A stretch of DNA of 64,000 nucleotides from the NCBI GenBank assembly GCA_030390025.1, contig JASTWF010000080.1, positions 124,001 to 188,000 of the forward strand, written 5' to 3'. Within the stretch, counting starts at the first letter, position 1; each line of letters starts with the position of its first letter. Of this stretch, positions 1 to 10,745 are shown one piece after another. The notes under the pieces are model-generated. The model was not told where the DNA came from. It worked only from the letters and a program-made list of their open reading frames with translations, and made no database searches. Position numbers and translations under genes: made by a program. The stretch is from Squalus acanthias (taxonomy: Eukaryota).

Positions 1-147
1 AGGAGTGGCTCTCAGACATTGGCTCTCCATTCCTTAGCCAGGTCACCTCGATGTCTACAGGGTAAAATCCAGTAACCAGGCAGGAGAGAGTGGGCGGTTT
101 GTCCTGACTATTGGGGTCACTTCTGGAGATGAACACTTCGGGCTGAA
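1..147 (-). CDS. MHC class I-like gene copy A, alpha3 (IgC1) exon, truncated by window edge
   Basis: Polypyrimidine-cag acceptor at 150-148; reads (V)QPEVFISRSDPNSQDKPPTLSCLVTGFYPVDIEVTWLRNGEPMSESHS; near-identical to the copy B a3 exon. Confidence 0.93.
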
Positions 148-264
148 CTGAAAGGGGAAAGGGAGAAAACACAAACAGTAGACAGACACCGAATGGAATG
201 GGAGAACGGTTTCATAGATCTGTGAAGTTAGATCAGAACATGGGATAAAAACTGAAATCAATAC

Positions 265-540
265 CTTTCCTTTCAAAATATTCCTTTCCAGCTCGCAAAT
301 ATAATGTTAAATCATTAACAAATCCTTGTTCTAGATGTGCTTTCCAATACTTGTTCCAGGATTCATCCGAATTCCATTTCTCCATTGTCTTCACTGAATT
401 GTGATTGGTTGCGACCCATCTCATTCTGTCTGGCTCTAAACTAAGATAGTCCTTTCCGTCATATCCAACACGCATCGATCTCTTAATGGAGCCGTCGTCA
501 GTTATTTCAACAATTGAAATCCATTGAAAAATGTGAAGTC
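265..540 (-). CDS. MHC class I-like gene copy A, alpha2 exon
   Basis: 276-bp phase-1 exon bounded by ag and gt; GLHIFQW...GYDGKDYLSL...VKTMEKWN...LYLRAGKEYFERK; contains no cysteines. Confidence 0.94.
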
Positions 541-595
541 CTATCAATGACCAAACAGGGATCAATAATCAATAGTTAATGGAAAATCACAAATC

Positions 596-868
596 AGTCT
601 GATCAGAGGGGAAAGGGACTGTAGAATCAGGGGGAAATGGGGGGATAGAGTCACAGTCGGATCAGAGGGGAAAGGGGCTGTAGAATCAGGGGGAAATGGG
701 GGGTTAGAGTCACAGTCTGATCAGAGGGGAAAGGGACTGTAGAATCAGATAGAAATGGAGGGTTAGAGTCACAGACTGATCAGAGGGGAAAGGGACTGTA
801 GAATCAGATAGAAATGGAGGGTTAAAGTCACAGACTGATCAGAGAGGAAAGGGGCTGTAGAATCGGTA
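596..868. repeat. 59-bp minisatellite in copy A intron 2
   Basis: About 4.5 units of agtcacagtctgatcagaggggaaagggactgtagaatcag...; about 2 units at the paralogous site 24800-24925. Confidence 0.9.
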
Positions 869-1120
869 GAAATATCAGAAGGGTTCCCAGTGGAAGCTGA
901 TTATTGGACTTTTTTAAGTGAATTCAGAGACCAGCCTGAACCTTCCTATTAATGGGCAGAAGTTTAACGGAATGATTAATGGGAAATTGGGCAGAGATCC
1001 ATTATGTTACCCAACCAAGAGGGTTAAATCCCACTAGTGTAAGCAAAGGAGTAAATTCCCAGCACGGTAACAACATGAGTTAATTCCCAACACACTAACG
1101 GAAGGGGTTACTTCACAGAA

Positions 1121-2744
1121 TGGAGTGTCCCAGGGGTCAGTGCTGGGAGATGGACTGAGTGGAGTGTCCCAGGGATCAGTGCTGAGAGATGGGCAGAGTG
1201 CAGTGTCCCAGGGATCAGTGCTGGGAGATGGACTGAGTGGAGTGTCCCAGGGATCAGTGCTGGGAGATGGACTGAGTGGAGAGTCCCAGGGATCAGTGCT
1301 GGGAGATGGACTGAGTGGAGTGTCCCAGGGATCAGTGCTGGGAGATGGGCTGAGTGGAGTGTCCCAGGGGTCAGTGCTGGGGGCTGAGTGGAGTGTCCCA
1401 GGGATCAGTGCTGGGAGATGGACTGAGTGGAGTGTCCCAGGGATCAGTGCTGGGAGATGGACTGAGTGGAGTGTCCCAGGGATCAGTGCTGGGAGATGGA
1501 CTGCGTGGAGTGTCCCAGGGGTCAGTGCTGGGAGATGGGCTGAGTGGAGTTTCTCAGGGATCAATGCTGGGAGATGGACTGAGTGATGTGTTCCAGGGAT
1601 CAGTGCTGGGAGATGGACTGTGTGATGTGTCCCAGGGATCAGTGCTGGGAGATGGGCTGAGTGGAGTGTCCCAGGGGTCAGTGCTGGGAGATGGACTGAG
1701 TGCAGTGTCCCAGGGATCAGTGCTGGGAGATGGACTGAGTGGAGTGTCCCAGGGATCAGTGCTGGGGGCTGAGTGGAGTGTCCCAGGGATTAGTGCTGGG
1801 AGATGGGCTGAGTGGAGTGTCCCAGGGATCAGTGCTGGGAGATCGACTGAGTGGAGTGTCCCAGGGATCAGTGCTAGGGGCTGAGTGGAGTGTCCCAGGG
1901 GTCAGTGCTGGGGGCTGAGTGGAGTGTCCCAGGGATCAGTGCTGGGAGATGGGCTGAGTGGAGTGTCCCAGGGATCAGTGCTGGGAGATGGGCTGAGTGG
2001 AGTGTCCCAGGGATCAGTGCTGGGAGATGGGCTGAGTGGAGTGTCCCAGGGATCAGTGCTGGGAGATGGGCTGAGTGGAGTGTCCCAGGGATCAGTGCTG
2101 GGAGATGGGCTGAGTGATGTGTCCCAGGGATCAGTGCTGGGAGATGGGCTGAGTGGAGTGTCCCAGGGATCAGTGCTGGAAGATGGGCTGAGTGGAGTGT
2201 CCCAGGGGTCAGTGCTGGGAGATGGGCTGAGTGGAGTGTCCCAGGGATCAGTGCTGGGAGATGGACTGAGTGGAGTGTCCCAGGGATCAGTGCTGGGAGA
2301 TGGACTGAGTGGAGTGTCCCAGGGGTCAGTGCTGGGAGATGGACTGAGTGGAGTGTCCCAGGGATCAGTGCTGGGAGATGGACTGAGTGGAGTGTCCCAG
2401 GGATCAGTGCTGGGAGATGGACTGAGTGGAGTGTCCCAGGGATCAGTGCTGGGAGATGGGCTGAGTGGAGTGTCCCAGGGATCAGTGCTTGGGGATGGGC
2501 TGAGGGGAGTGTCCCAGGGATCAGTGCTGGGAGATGGGCTGAGTGGAGTGTCCCAGGGATCAGTGCTGGGAGATGGACTGAGTGGAGTGTCCCAGGGGTC
2601 AGTGCTGGGAGATGGGCTGAGTGGAGTGTCCCAGGGGTCAGTGCTGGGAGGTGGGCTGAGTGGAGTGTCCCAGGGATCAGTGCTCGGAGATGGGCTGAGT
2701 GGAGTGTCCCAGGGATCAGTGCTGGGAGATGGGCTGAGTGGAGC
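1121..2744. repeat. 39-bp minisatellite resembling the CR1 RT motif SGVPQGSVLG
   Basis: About 42 units of gagtggagtgtcccagggatcagtgctgggagatggact, with occasional shorter units. Confidence 0.95.
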
Positions 2745-3337
2745 GCTAGACATTGACCAGTACACATGCTTAAAAGGTCATTGCTTCAGCAGGAACATCG
2801 ACGCCTCCTCCCAACACGCATGCTCATTAGTGTTACGATCTGTTGAATGCTCTCCGCACATTCTCCATCAAGGAGTGAGTGCCTCTGTCCCTTACAGTCT
2901 TCACTGCCTTAACTCTCTGAGGTATTTATCACAGAGAGTCCCATTCTCCTTTCACACTGCCTCCTGGATTGGCATTGCCCATTCTGCTCTACTGGAGAAG
3001 ACCGATCTCACCCCCAGATATATGAATATACACCGAGACACAAAAAGAAGCCAGTAATTGCCCAACAAGCTTCCCTTTCCTGGATGATCTCAACCATCTC
3101 ACCATATTCTCAACTTGCTCTATCGCAAACCTCTCCTGATCTTCGTCAATGTGGACAGTACTTTGTAAATATCTCGATCAGAATAGGGAGAAGGAACAGA
3201 ATAACTGTCTGTGTGTCCCTGATTCATGGTGGCCATACACTATACAGTCCAGTGTTAGAATGCAGTATAACTATGGCTGGGTACCTGTCCGGCACCCATT
3301 AAACAGGGCAGGCAGTGGGAGATTCTGCTGATCTTAC

Positions 3338-3598
3338 CGGATGTCTGGTTTGTCCCCTTCATTATCGTATTCAGATTCTCCTTTGCCTTGCCTGACCGTG
3401 TGTTCCCGAGATCTGTGAGATATTCCCAGTATTCCACATCGAAAGCGTCTGCCATGAACTGCTGCCTGGGGATCATCCGACGGATATCAGTGTCATGATA
3501 ATTAAGTTGAACTCCCTTCACCATCGCAACATTAGTAACCTCGGGAAAGTCACTAATGCCAGAGATTGCTGTGTACATCACAGTAAGTGAGTTAGTGT
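3338..3598 (-). CDS. MHC class I-like gene copy A, alpha1 exon
   Basis: 261-bp exon, tttacag acceptor and gtaag donor; DTNSLTVMYTAISGISDFPEV...EYWEYLT...IMKGTNQTS with the N86-type glycosylation site NQT. Confidence 0.94.
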
Positions 3599-3880
3599 CT
3601 GTAAAATAAACAATTAAAGGGACAGGATAATAAACATTTACAAACACGATTCAAAGTGAAGCCCATTCACACAATGACAATCTCCAATAGTCCACCACTT
3701 TATCGCAACGTCTGATATTATAAACATAATACAATTAAACTGGGTCAGAATAAGATGGCTGCAGCCCCTCCAAACAGGGAGTAAACACGGAATCAGAGTT
3801 ACTGAGACGCCCGATGGAGTCCATGGGAATACGTGAGAGAGTCTGGGACACATTCAATGGGTTGGGGTGTTAAAGAGAAG

Positions 3881-4762
3881 CGGGGAGAAATTCAGTATCG
3901 CCCCATTTGGGGCGCAATTATCGGCCGGGCGCAAAGATTAGCGCCTGGCGCTAATTATCACCACCGACTGCAAACTTGACTTTTATCGCCCCTGGAGGTG
4001 ATTGCTGCGCTAAATCAGGCGCTTCACACCTGTCTTAAGGCTCAAAGGCCGAGGAGCGAGGCGCTACCTCAGAGCGCTGGCGAAGCTCATGTAATGTCAG
4101 TCAGCAATGGAACACACACACAATGGCGCGGGCCAGTTCTTAAAGGGGATGGTTAATCTTGCTTTCCATCCACATCCTGCTCATTGCAGCCTTGAATCTT
4201 GGCCTGGAGAGACCTGCACATCAAATCTGCTGGAACGAACAATGGAGAGTACCAGGCAAAGAGCTCAGATTGCAGCCCCCACAGTCTCTTCTAAATCAAT
4301 ACAAGGAATGGCAAATCAAAATGAACCTGCAAAGTGCTGCTCAGTACCCAAAACTCCTTCACACAGCGTTGAATCTCTACAGAAGTCTCTCTCTCTCTCT
4401 CTCAAAATGCGTAGTTCAAAAATGGCACCAACAATAAAAGGCAGGAAGCGGTCACCTTTAAATAGCGCTCCCCCTTTCCCTTCATGACTGCAGAACGCTC
4501 CCCTCAACCTGTTGTTGCTAGCGCCAGGCGGTAAGGCAGGGGGCGCCACTCAATATCCGCTCCGGGGCGATGCGCACTCGACTGACGTCACGATCTGTCG
4601 GCGCAGGAGATTGTGGCGGTAGTGTTTAGCGCCGCCGCAAAATGTCTAGTTAATTTCGCGAGCGGCGCAAACTTCGCCGCGCCTAGGCGCTAGATGCTTT
4701 GCGCCCCATTAGCGCCCTCTTAAGGTGCTAACGGGAGGCGCAACCAACTGAATTTTTCCCCC
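3881..4762 (-). mobile_element. Non-autonomous PIF/Harbinger deletion derivative of the 12530-16762 family
   Basis: TIRs CGGGGAGAAATT and GGGGGAAAAATT, 3-bp AAG on both flanks; both arms align with the ends of the autonomous element in reverse orientation; keeps the start of the Myb-like gene (MESTRQRAQ). Confidence 0.88.
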
Positions 4763-4764
4763 AA

Positions 4765-5200
4765 GATCTCTAACCAAGGAACAGTAACCTGGGACACACC
4801 TGTTCTATCTCTAACCTGGAACAGTAACCTGGGACACACCCGGTCTATCTCTAAACTGGAACAGTAACCTGGGACACACTCGGTCTTTCTCTAACCAGGA
4901 ACAGTAACCAGAGACACACCTGGTCTATCTCTAACCAAGGAACAGTAACCTGGGACACACCTGGTCTATCTCTAACCTGGAACAGTAACCTGGGACACAC
5001 CCGGTCGATCTCTAAACTGGAACAGTAACCTGGGACACACTCGGTCTTTCTCTAACCAGGAACAGTAACCAGAGACACACCTGGTCTATCTCTAACCAAG
5101 GAACAGTAACCTGGGACACACCCGGTCTATCTCTAACCTGGAACATTAACCTGGTACACACCCGGTCTATCTCTAACCTGGAACATTGACCTGGGATAAA
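4765..5200. repeat. 41-42-bp minisatellite
   Basis: About 10 units of tctctaacctggaacagtaacctgggacacacccggtcta; a second ~43-bp repeat follows at about 5220-5330. Confidence 0.9.
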
Positions 5201-5386
5201 TCCAACTCTATCTGAAACTCAACCAGGGGACATCTGGAGAGAGATATTGAGGAGACTCTCCTGACCAGGGAACATCTGGAGAGAGATGTTGAGGAGACCC
5301 TTCTGACCAGGGAACATCTGGAGAGAGGAATTGTGGATAACCCGTGGACAGGTCTGTTGTTTATCATCATAACCAGGAAACATGTG

Positions 5387-6668
5387 GGAATAAAAATTCG
5401 ATTGCCCTTGAAAACGGGTGCGGGGATCGCAACGCGCAATCAACCCGCACCCGGTCAAAGTACTGCAGGAAGCACGCAAACTTCGTGCTGTCTGGTAAAT
5501 ATGATTGTAACGTGCAGCCAACGCTTAACATGCTGTTGAGAGGCTGCACACCTCAGCAAGGGGTCCAAGTTCGTGCGAGGCTAGCACCACTTAAAGCTAG
5601 CCTGCACTACTTAAAGCCAGCCTGCACGTCTTAAAGGGGAGGTGCATTCTGGCTGCAGCAGGTACTGGAAGTCATTGTAGAGGTGTATGAGACCTACAGG
5701 AAGAATGAAGATGGTGCAACATGGCAGAGAGGGCTCCCAGATTTTCTGATGCAGTACTCGAGGGCCTGGTGCAGCAGGTGGACAGGAGGTGAGATGTCCT
5801 GAATCCACAGGGGACCAGGAGGCCCTCCAGACAAACTGTGAGAAGGCAATGGGAGCAGATAGCCGTCGTGGTCAATGCCAGCAGGGCAAGAAGTTTAATG
5901 ACCTCACGCCAGTGGTCACGGTCAGTGAATTCATCTTCAAATGCCACATCCTTACAACTGAACCACTGCTCAATTCATCACCCGCCCCTCCTTCACTCTC
6001 ACCTACCAACAAACTCCATCAATCACGATTCATACCTCACATTCATAGCACCACCTCACCCTCACAAACTTAGCACTGCTCAAGCCTCACACCCACAGCT
6101 CACACCTTGCACACACTGCCAGCTATTCAACCATGACAGCCACATCACCCAAACACAAAGGTGGATACAAACTACTGCACCCATGTCTGGGAGCAACTAA
6201 TCTAAGCAGAAGCCTTGAAGTAAGCTGCCACACCAATCCCTGGAGACTTCAGCAACTTCAAATAAGATAACAAACCACCAAACACTTCTACAAACTCACC
6301 AAGAGCCAGTAGAAATCAATCAGCACCTAACCTGAAAGCAGTTGATGGTCCCTTTAAATAGCGCTGGTGGGCGGTCCTCCCAGCATGTTCAGCTGTGTGT
6401 CTTTAAGAGAGGGCGTTAGCTGGAGTGTGGAGCTCAAAAATGGCAGCGCTGGCGTCAAATCACCATTACACACTGACTGACGTCACGATCTGCCTACCCT
6501 GCAAACTTCCGACGCACACTCCCAGCGCCCGCGCTAACAAACTACCCAAAATGGTGTCCGCGCGGCCCACACCAGAAGCGGGCGCGCGTGGCGCGGAATC
6601 CATTTTAGACACAAAACGCCACCCGTAGCACCAAAAAACCGAGCGCTACCGAGTCGAATTTCGCGGCC
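5387..6668 (+). mobile_element. Non-autonomous Harbinger-type element with decayed Myb/SANT exon 1
   Basis: Degenerate GG..AAATTCG termini with GTG on both flanks; 5711-5925 encodes broken PRFSDAVLEGLVQQVDRR...RRQWEQIA...KKFNDLT. Confidence 0.75.
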
Positions 6669-7302
6669 GTGCTGTGAGAGAATTCAGAAATGAACAGAAG
6701 GGAAACAGTGATATTTGGGAAGATGAAGTGCGATGCCATGGGGTGCGGTCACTCTAGGAACAGTCTGACTGTCGACCAGGGGTGATGGACAATCAGGGGC
6801 AGCAGCTCCACTGTGCTTCACAGATCCTGTAATGACCACTTTACACATGGGCAGTAGGGGCCCAAAGGATGTTGGTGGTGGATTGTCTGAGATAACCTGG
6901 CCTATTCAACCACGAGGGCATCACAGCTGAGCCTGGCGTGGGTTAAACATGGATTATCCTCCCCGCACAGTTCAGAACACTTTAGTCCAGGAGAGGTGAA
7001 GCTGTTTCCCGTCTCCCAAACAATGTGAACATTAAAATTGCCCATTTCAACCATTTTCCACTTGCTACAAGCCTCTCTGCTCTCCGTATTCCTGCGTGTT
7101 GCTGTCAGGAGGCCTGCGCACAACTCCCACCGCAGGCTGACGGCCTGTGCTGGCTCCAATGGTGTGAAATATCAGGCAGGATGTAGAACCGGCGGCCGAT
7201 CAAACATCACCCGTTTCAAACTCTCGCCAAAAGCTCAAAATCACCCACACACACAGAGAGAGAGAGAGAGAGTGAGAATGGAGGGATGAGTTCTGTACTT
7301 AC

Positions 7303-7354
7303 CGGGAGAGACCCAGGAAAAACACAGGGATATGGAGAAAAGGATCAGCAACAT
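7303..7354 (-). CDS. MHC class I-like gene copy A, leader exon
   Basis: ATG at 7354, hydrophobic signal MLLILFSISLCFSWVSP, phase-1 donor gtaagt; paralogue at 40738-40789. Confidence 0.9.
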
Positions 7355-7424
7355 TCTGGGAATCCACTGCCCCTTTTCCAATCGGTGACTGGGAATAAAA
7401 TACTCCCAGTGAGTCACATCTACT

Positions 7425-7590
7425 GTTTATAGACTGAAAAATACCCCAAATAAACATCAAGTCAACCCAGGCTCCACTTTCCTGTTTATCTCGAGGGTGA
7501 CTGATTGGGTATTTTTCTTAGAGTAACCAATTAGAGGAATTAACAGTCGCCTGTCACCAGTTACTGGGAGGATCAAACTCAGGCAGATTG
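7425..7590 (-). promoter_or_regulatory. Copy A promoter: TATA-like box, CCAAT and S-X-Y module
   Basis: S-like CAATCT (7590-7585), 16 bp, X CCCAGTAACTGGTG-ACA (7568-7555), 20 bp, Y CTAATTGG (7534-7527); TATAAA near 7431-7426. Confidence 0.75.
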
Positions 7591-7847
7591 AGAGTCAGCC
7601 TGTGAATCAGAAACTAGAGAGAGACTGAACCAGCCTGGGACACCAGCTCCAGTGTAAAGGGAGGAGACACTGAGATCCCGGGCTCCCCCTCACAGTGAAC
7701 ACACTGACACTGGTCCCCCTCCCCCGGAAACCTTAACACTGGCTCTGCTCCAGACTGGAGTAACACCACAACATCTTACAGTTATCGACCACATTTAATA
7801 GAGTGAACATCACACGGGACATCACAGAGCATCTCACCGAGCGGGGG

Positions 7848-9109
7848 AGAGTGAGGGGAGGGGGTCAAACTAACAGAGAGTGAGGGGAGGGGGTCAAACT
7901 AACAGAGAGTGAGGGGAGGGGGTCAAACTAACAGAGAGTGAGGGGAGGGGGTCAAACTAACAGAGAGTGAGGGGAGGGGGTCAAACTAACAGAGTGAGGG
8001 GAGGGGGTCAAACTAACAGGCAGTGAGGGGAGGGGTCAAACTAACAGAGAGTGAGGGGAGGGGTCAAACTAACAGAGAGTGAGGGGAGGGGGTCAAACTA
8101 ACAGAGAGTGAGGGGAGGGGGTCAAACTAACAGAGTGAGGGGAGGGGGTCAAACTAACAGAGAGTGAGGGGAGGGGGTCAAACTAACAGGGAGTGAGGGG
8201 AGGGGGTCAAACTAACAGGGAGTGAGGGGAGGGGGTCAAACTAACAGGGAGTGAGGGGAGGGGTCAAACTAACAGAGTGAGGGGAGGGGGTCAAACTGAC
8301 AGGGAGTGAGGGGGGGGGTCAAACTAACGGAGTGAGGGGAGGGGGTCAAACTAACAGAGTGAGGGGAGGGGTCATACTAACAGGGAGTGAGGGGAGGGGA
8401 TCAAACTAACAGGGAGTGAGGAAAGGGAGTCAAACTAATAGAGAGTGAGGGGAGGGGATCAAACTAACAGGGAGTGAGGGGAGGGAGTCAAACTAACAGA
8501 GAGTGAGGGGAGGGGATCAAACTAACAGGGAGTGAGGGGAGGGAGTCAAACTAACAGAGAGTGAGGGGAGGGGGTCAAACTAACAGAGAGTGAGGGGGGG
8601 GAGTCAAACTAACAGAGAGTGAGGAGAGGGGGTCAAACTAACAGGGAGTGAGGGGAGGGGTCAAACTAACAGGGAGTGAGGGGAGGGGATCAAACAGGGA
8701 GTGAGGGGAGGGGGTCAAACTAACAGGGAGTGCGAGGAGGGGGTCAAACTAACAGAGAGTGAGGGGAGGGGTCAAACTAACAGAGAGTGAGGGGAGGGAG
8801 TCAAACTAACGGAGTGAGGGGAGGGGGTCAAACTAACAGGGAGTGAGGGGAGGGGTCAAACTAACAGAGAGTGAGGGGAGGGGGTCAAACTAACGGAGTG
8901 AGGGGAGGGGGTCAAACTAACGGAGTGAGGGGAGCGGGTCAAACTAACAGAGTGAGGGGAGGGGGTCAAACTAACAGGGAGTGAGGGGAGGGGGTCAAAC
9001 TAACAGGGAGTGAGGGGAGGGGGTCAAACTAACAGGGAGTGAGGGGAGGGGGTCAAACAAACAGAGAGTGAGGGGAGGGGGTCAAACTAACAGAGTGAGG
9101 GGAGGGGGT
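7848..9109. repeat. 29-bp G-rich minisatellite upstream of copy A
   Basis: About 43 units of gagagtgaggggagggggtcaaactaaca. Confidence 0.95.
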
Positions 9110-9838
9110 TGTAAGATTTCAATTGATCTCAGAGTTCTTGGACAAGACACCAATAGGCAGCAGCCAGTAAGTTTGAGCAATAGATCAGATTTATTAAGCT
9201 TACAGCGTAATCAATACTTAACAACAGGCGATAGTTTTAACGAGTAGCTCGCAGACCTTGGTCTCTGGAGCCTCTCGGACACAGATGACGTCGTCTTAAG
9301 TCTGTTCCTTTGTTCTCGCAGTAAGTCTGTGTAAAGTTGTTCTTTGAGTGTCGAGGTCTTAACCCTTTTCTCATCAAAAGTTCGCTTGGCCAGTGTCCAT
9401 AGTCTTTAACAAATCATCTTCTTTAATTGGTTCCAATGGTCAAAATACCATCGTCACTCAGACTAAGGGTAGCTTCTTGCCTTTCCAGTATTTATCCTGC
9501 AACTTTACCCTGTTCATCGTTATCTTGTTTATAGTTCTTCACCCCATTGGAATTCATCTTATCTCTCTTATTCTAGGTTCCCTGGTACAAGCAGTGTTAA
9601 GGAAACTCTAATTAAGCTTAGCATTATAATACATTATTTACCAATTTAACCTTCACTCGCAGCCTGTGGCTGTTTGTTATCAGAGCTGAGTCAACACTGC
9701 TTTTGACTGTCTCCGCGGCTATATTCGAACAGTCTTTAATGTTTCCATACCCACAGGGAATTATGGGTAAGATTAGTTGGTCAATGGCTACCCTTGAATT
9801 TATACATGAGATTTCTCTAAATACCAGTCTTTCGTACA
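9110..9838 (-). repeat. 3' LTR (729 bp)
   Basis: TGTACG...CTTACA on the minus strand, preceded by a polypurine tract, poly(A) signal near its end. Confidence 0.7.
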
Positions 9839-10259
9839 GTCCCCACCTCGAGGATGAAATGTTTCAAACATTGATTCCTCGACTATTTCAATCTATTCTC
9901 TGACAAGCGTTGTTGCAAATTGGAGTCCTGTAATTGAGGGGAACGGAGCGCTTCTCAAAGGAGGTTTTATCCCCCTTGTCATTATAGGTCTGGGTTCTAA
10001 CTATGACATTCCCAGGGGCCGACCCTTTACTATTGTCATGGCTGAGGGACACCCCGGGGTCTCCCTAACCATCATGTCGGCCGTGCTGAAATGCCTTTCC
10101 TTCCAGTGCGTCCCAGTCTATCATTTCTCCTCCGCCCGCTGCTCCTACTGCTGAATCATACGATCTGGCAGTGGTGACCCTGATCTGACCCCGCCTGGGT
10201 CTCCTCTACATTGCTTCGGATCTTCTCTTTCGGTGTACTTAATTAATTTGTTGGTGCTG

Positions 10260-10745
10260 CTTAATCATAGGCATGAGTACACAATTGGCTTATCCATCGA
10301 AGTCTTACTACACGGGTTACATATATCAAATACACTATCATTACAAGTTGGACAACTAACTGAGCGTGTGAATTAATTCGAACCTAAGGGTGTGCTGATA
10401 TATTAAGCCCAATATCCCACCAGTGTGAGTTTCCCCTATGCTGTTAATTTCAATATCTATTCTCGAGTTGTCTTGCTCCAAAACATCAAAATGCTTCAGG
10501 GAGGAGTTCAGTCACATCATGAGCTCACTGAAACCCTCAGACAACAGGGGACTGTAGTATCCGAATTGTGCCACATAATTGTGCAGCTCATACTTAAGTA
10601 TCTCATTTACTGTCAGTTTCACTTGAGCATAGGTTTTGATATTGAGTAAAACGAGTTGGTTGATGGGACAGGTCCTGTTCGACCCGTAGATCATGGTAGT
10701 TGCGGTAGTAGTGACACAGGAGGCACCACCAAAACCACCTCATTC
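10260..10745 (-). pseudogene. env-like C-terminal remnant (heptad, Trp-rich and TM segments)
   Basis: Broken frames CVTTTATTMIYGSNRTCPI...LNSSLKHFDVLEQDNSRIDIEINSIG / HWWDIGLNISAHP*VRINSHAQLVVQLVMIVYLIYVTRVVRLR; splice acceptor ttttgtag near 10780; lies at the env position upstream of the PPT. Confidence 0.5.

Noticed and set aside
1034-3057. Long repetitive ORFs (LSGVSQGSVLGDG and similar)
   Set aside because: Translations of a 39-bp intronic minisatellite
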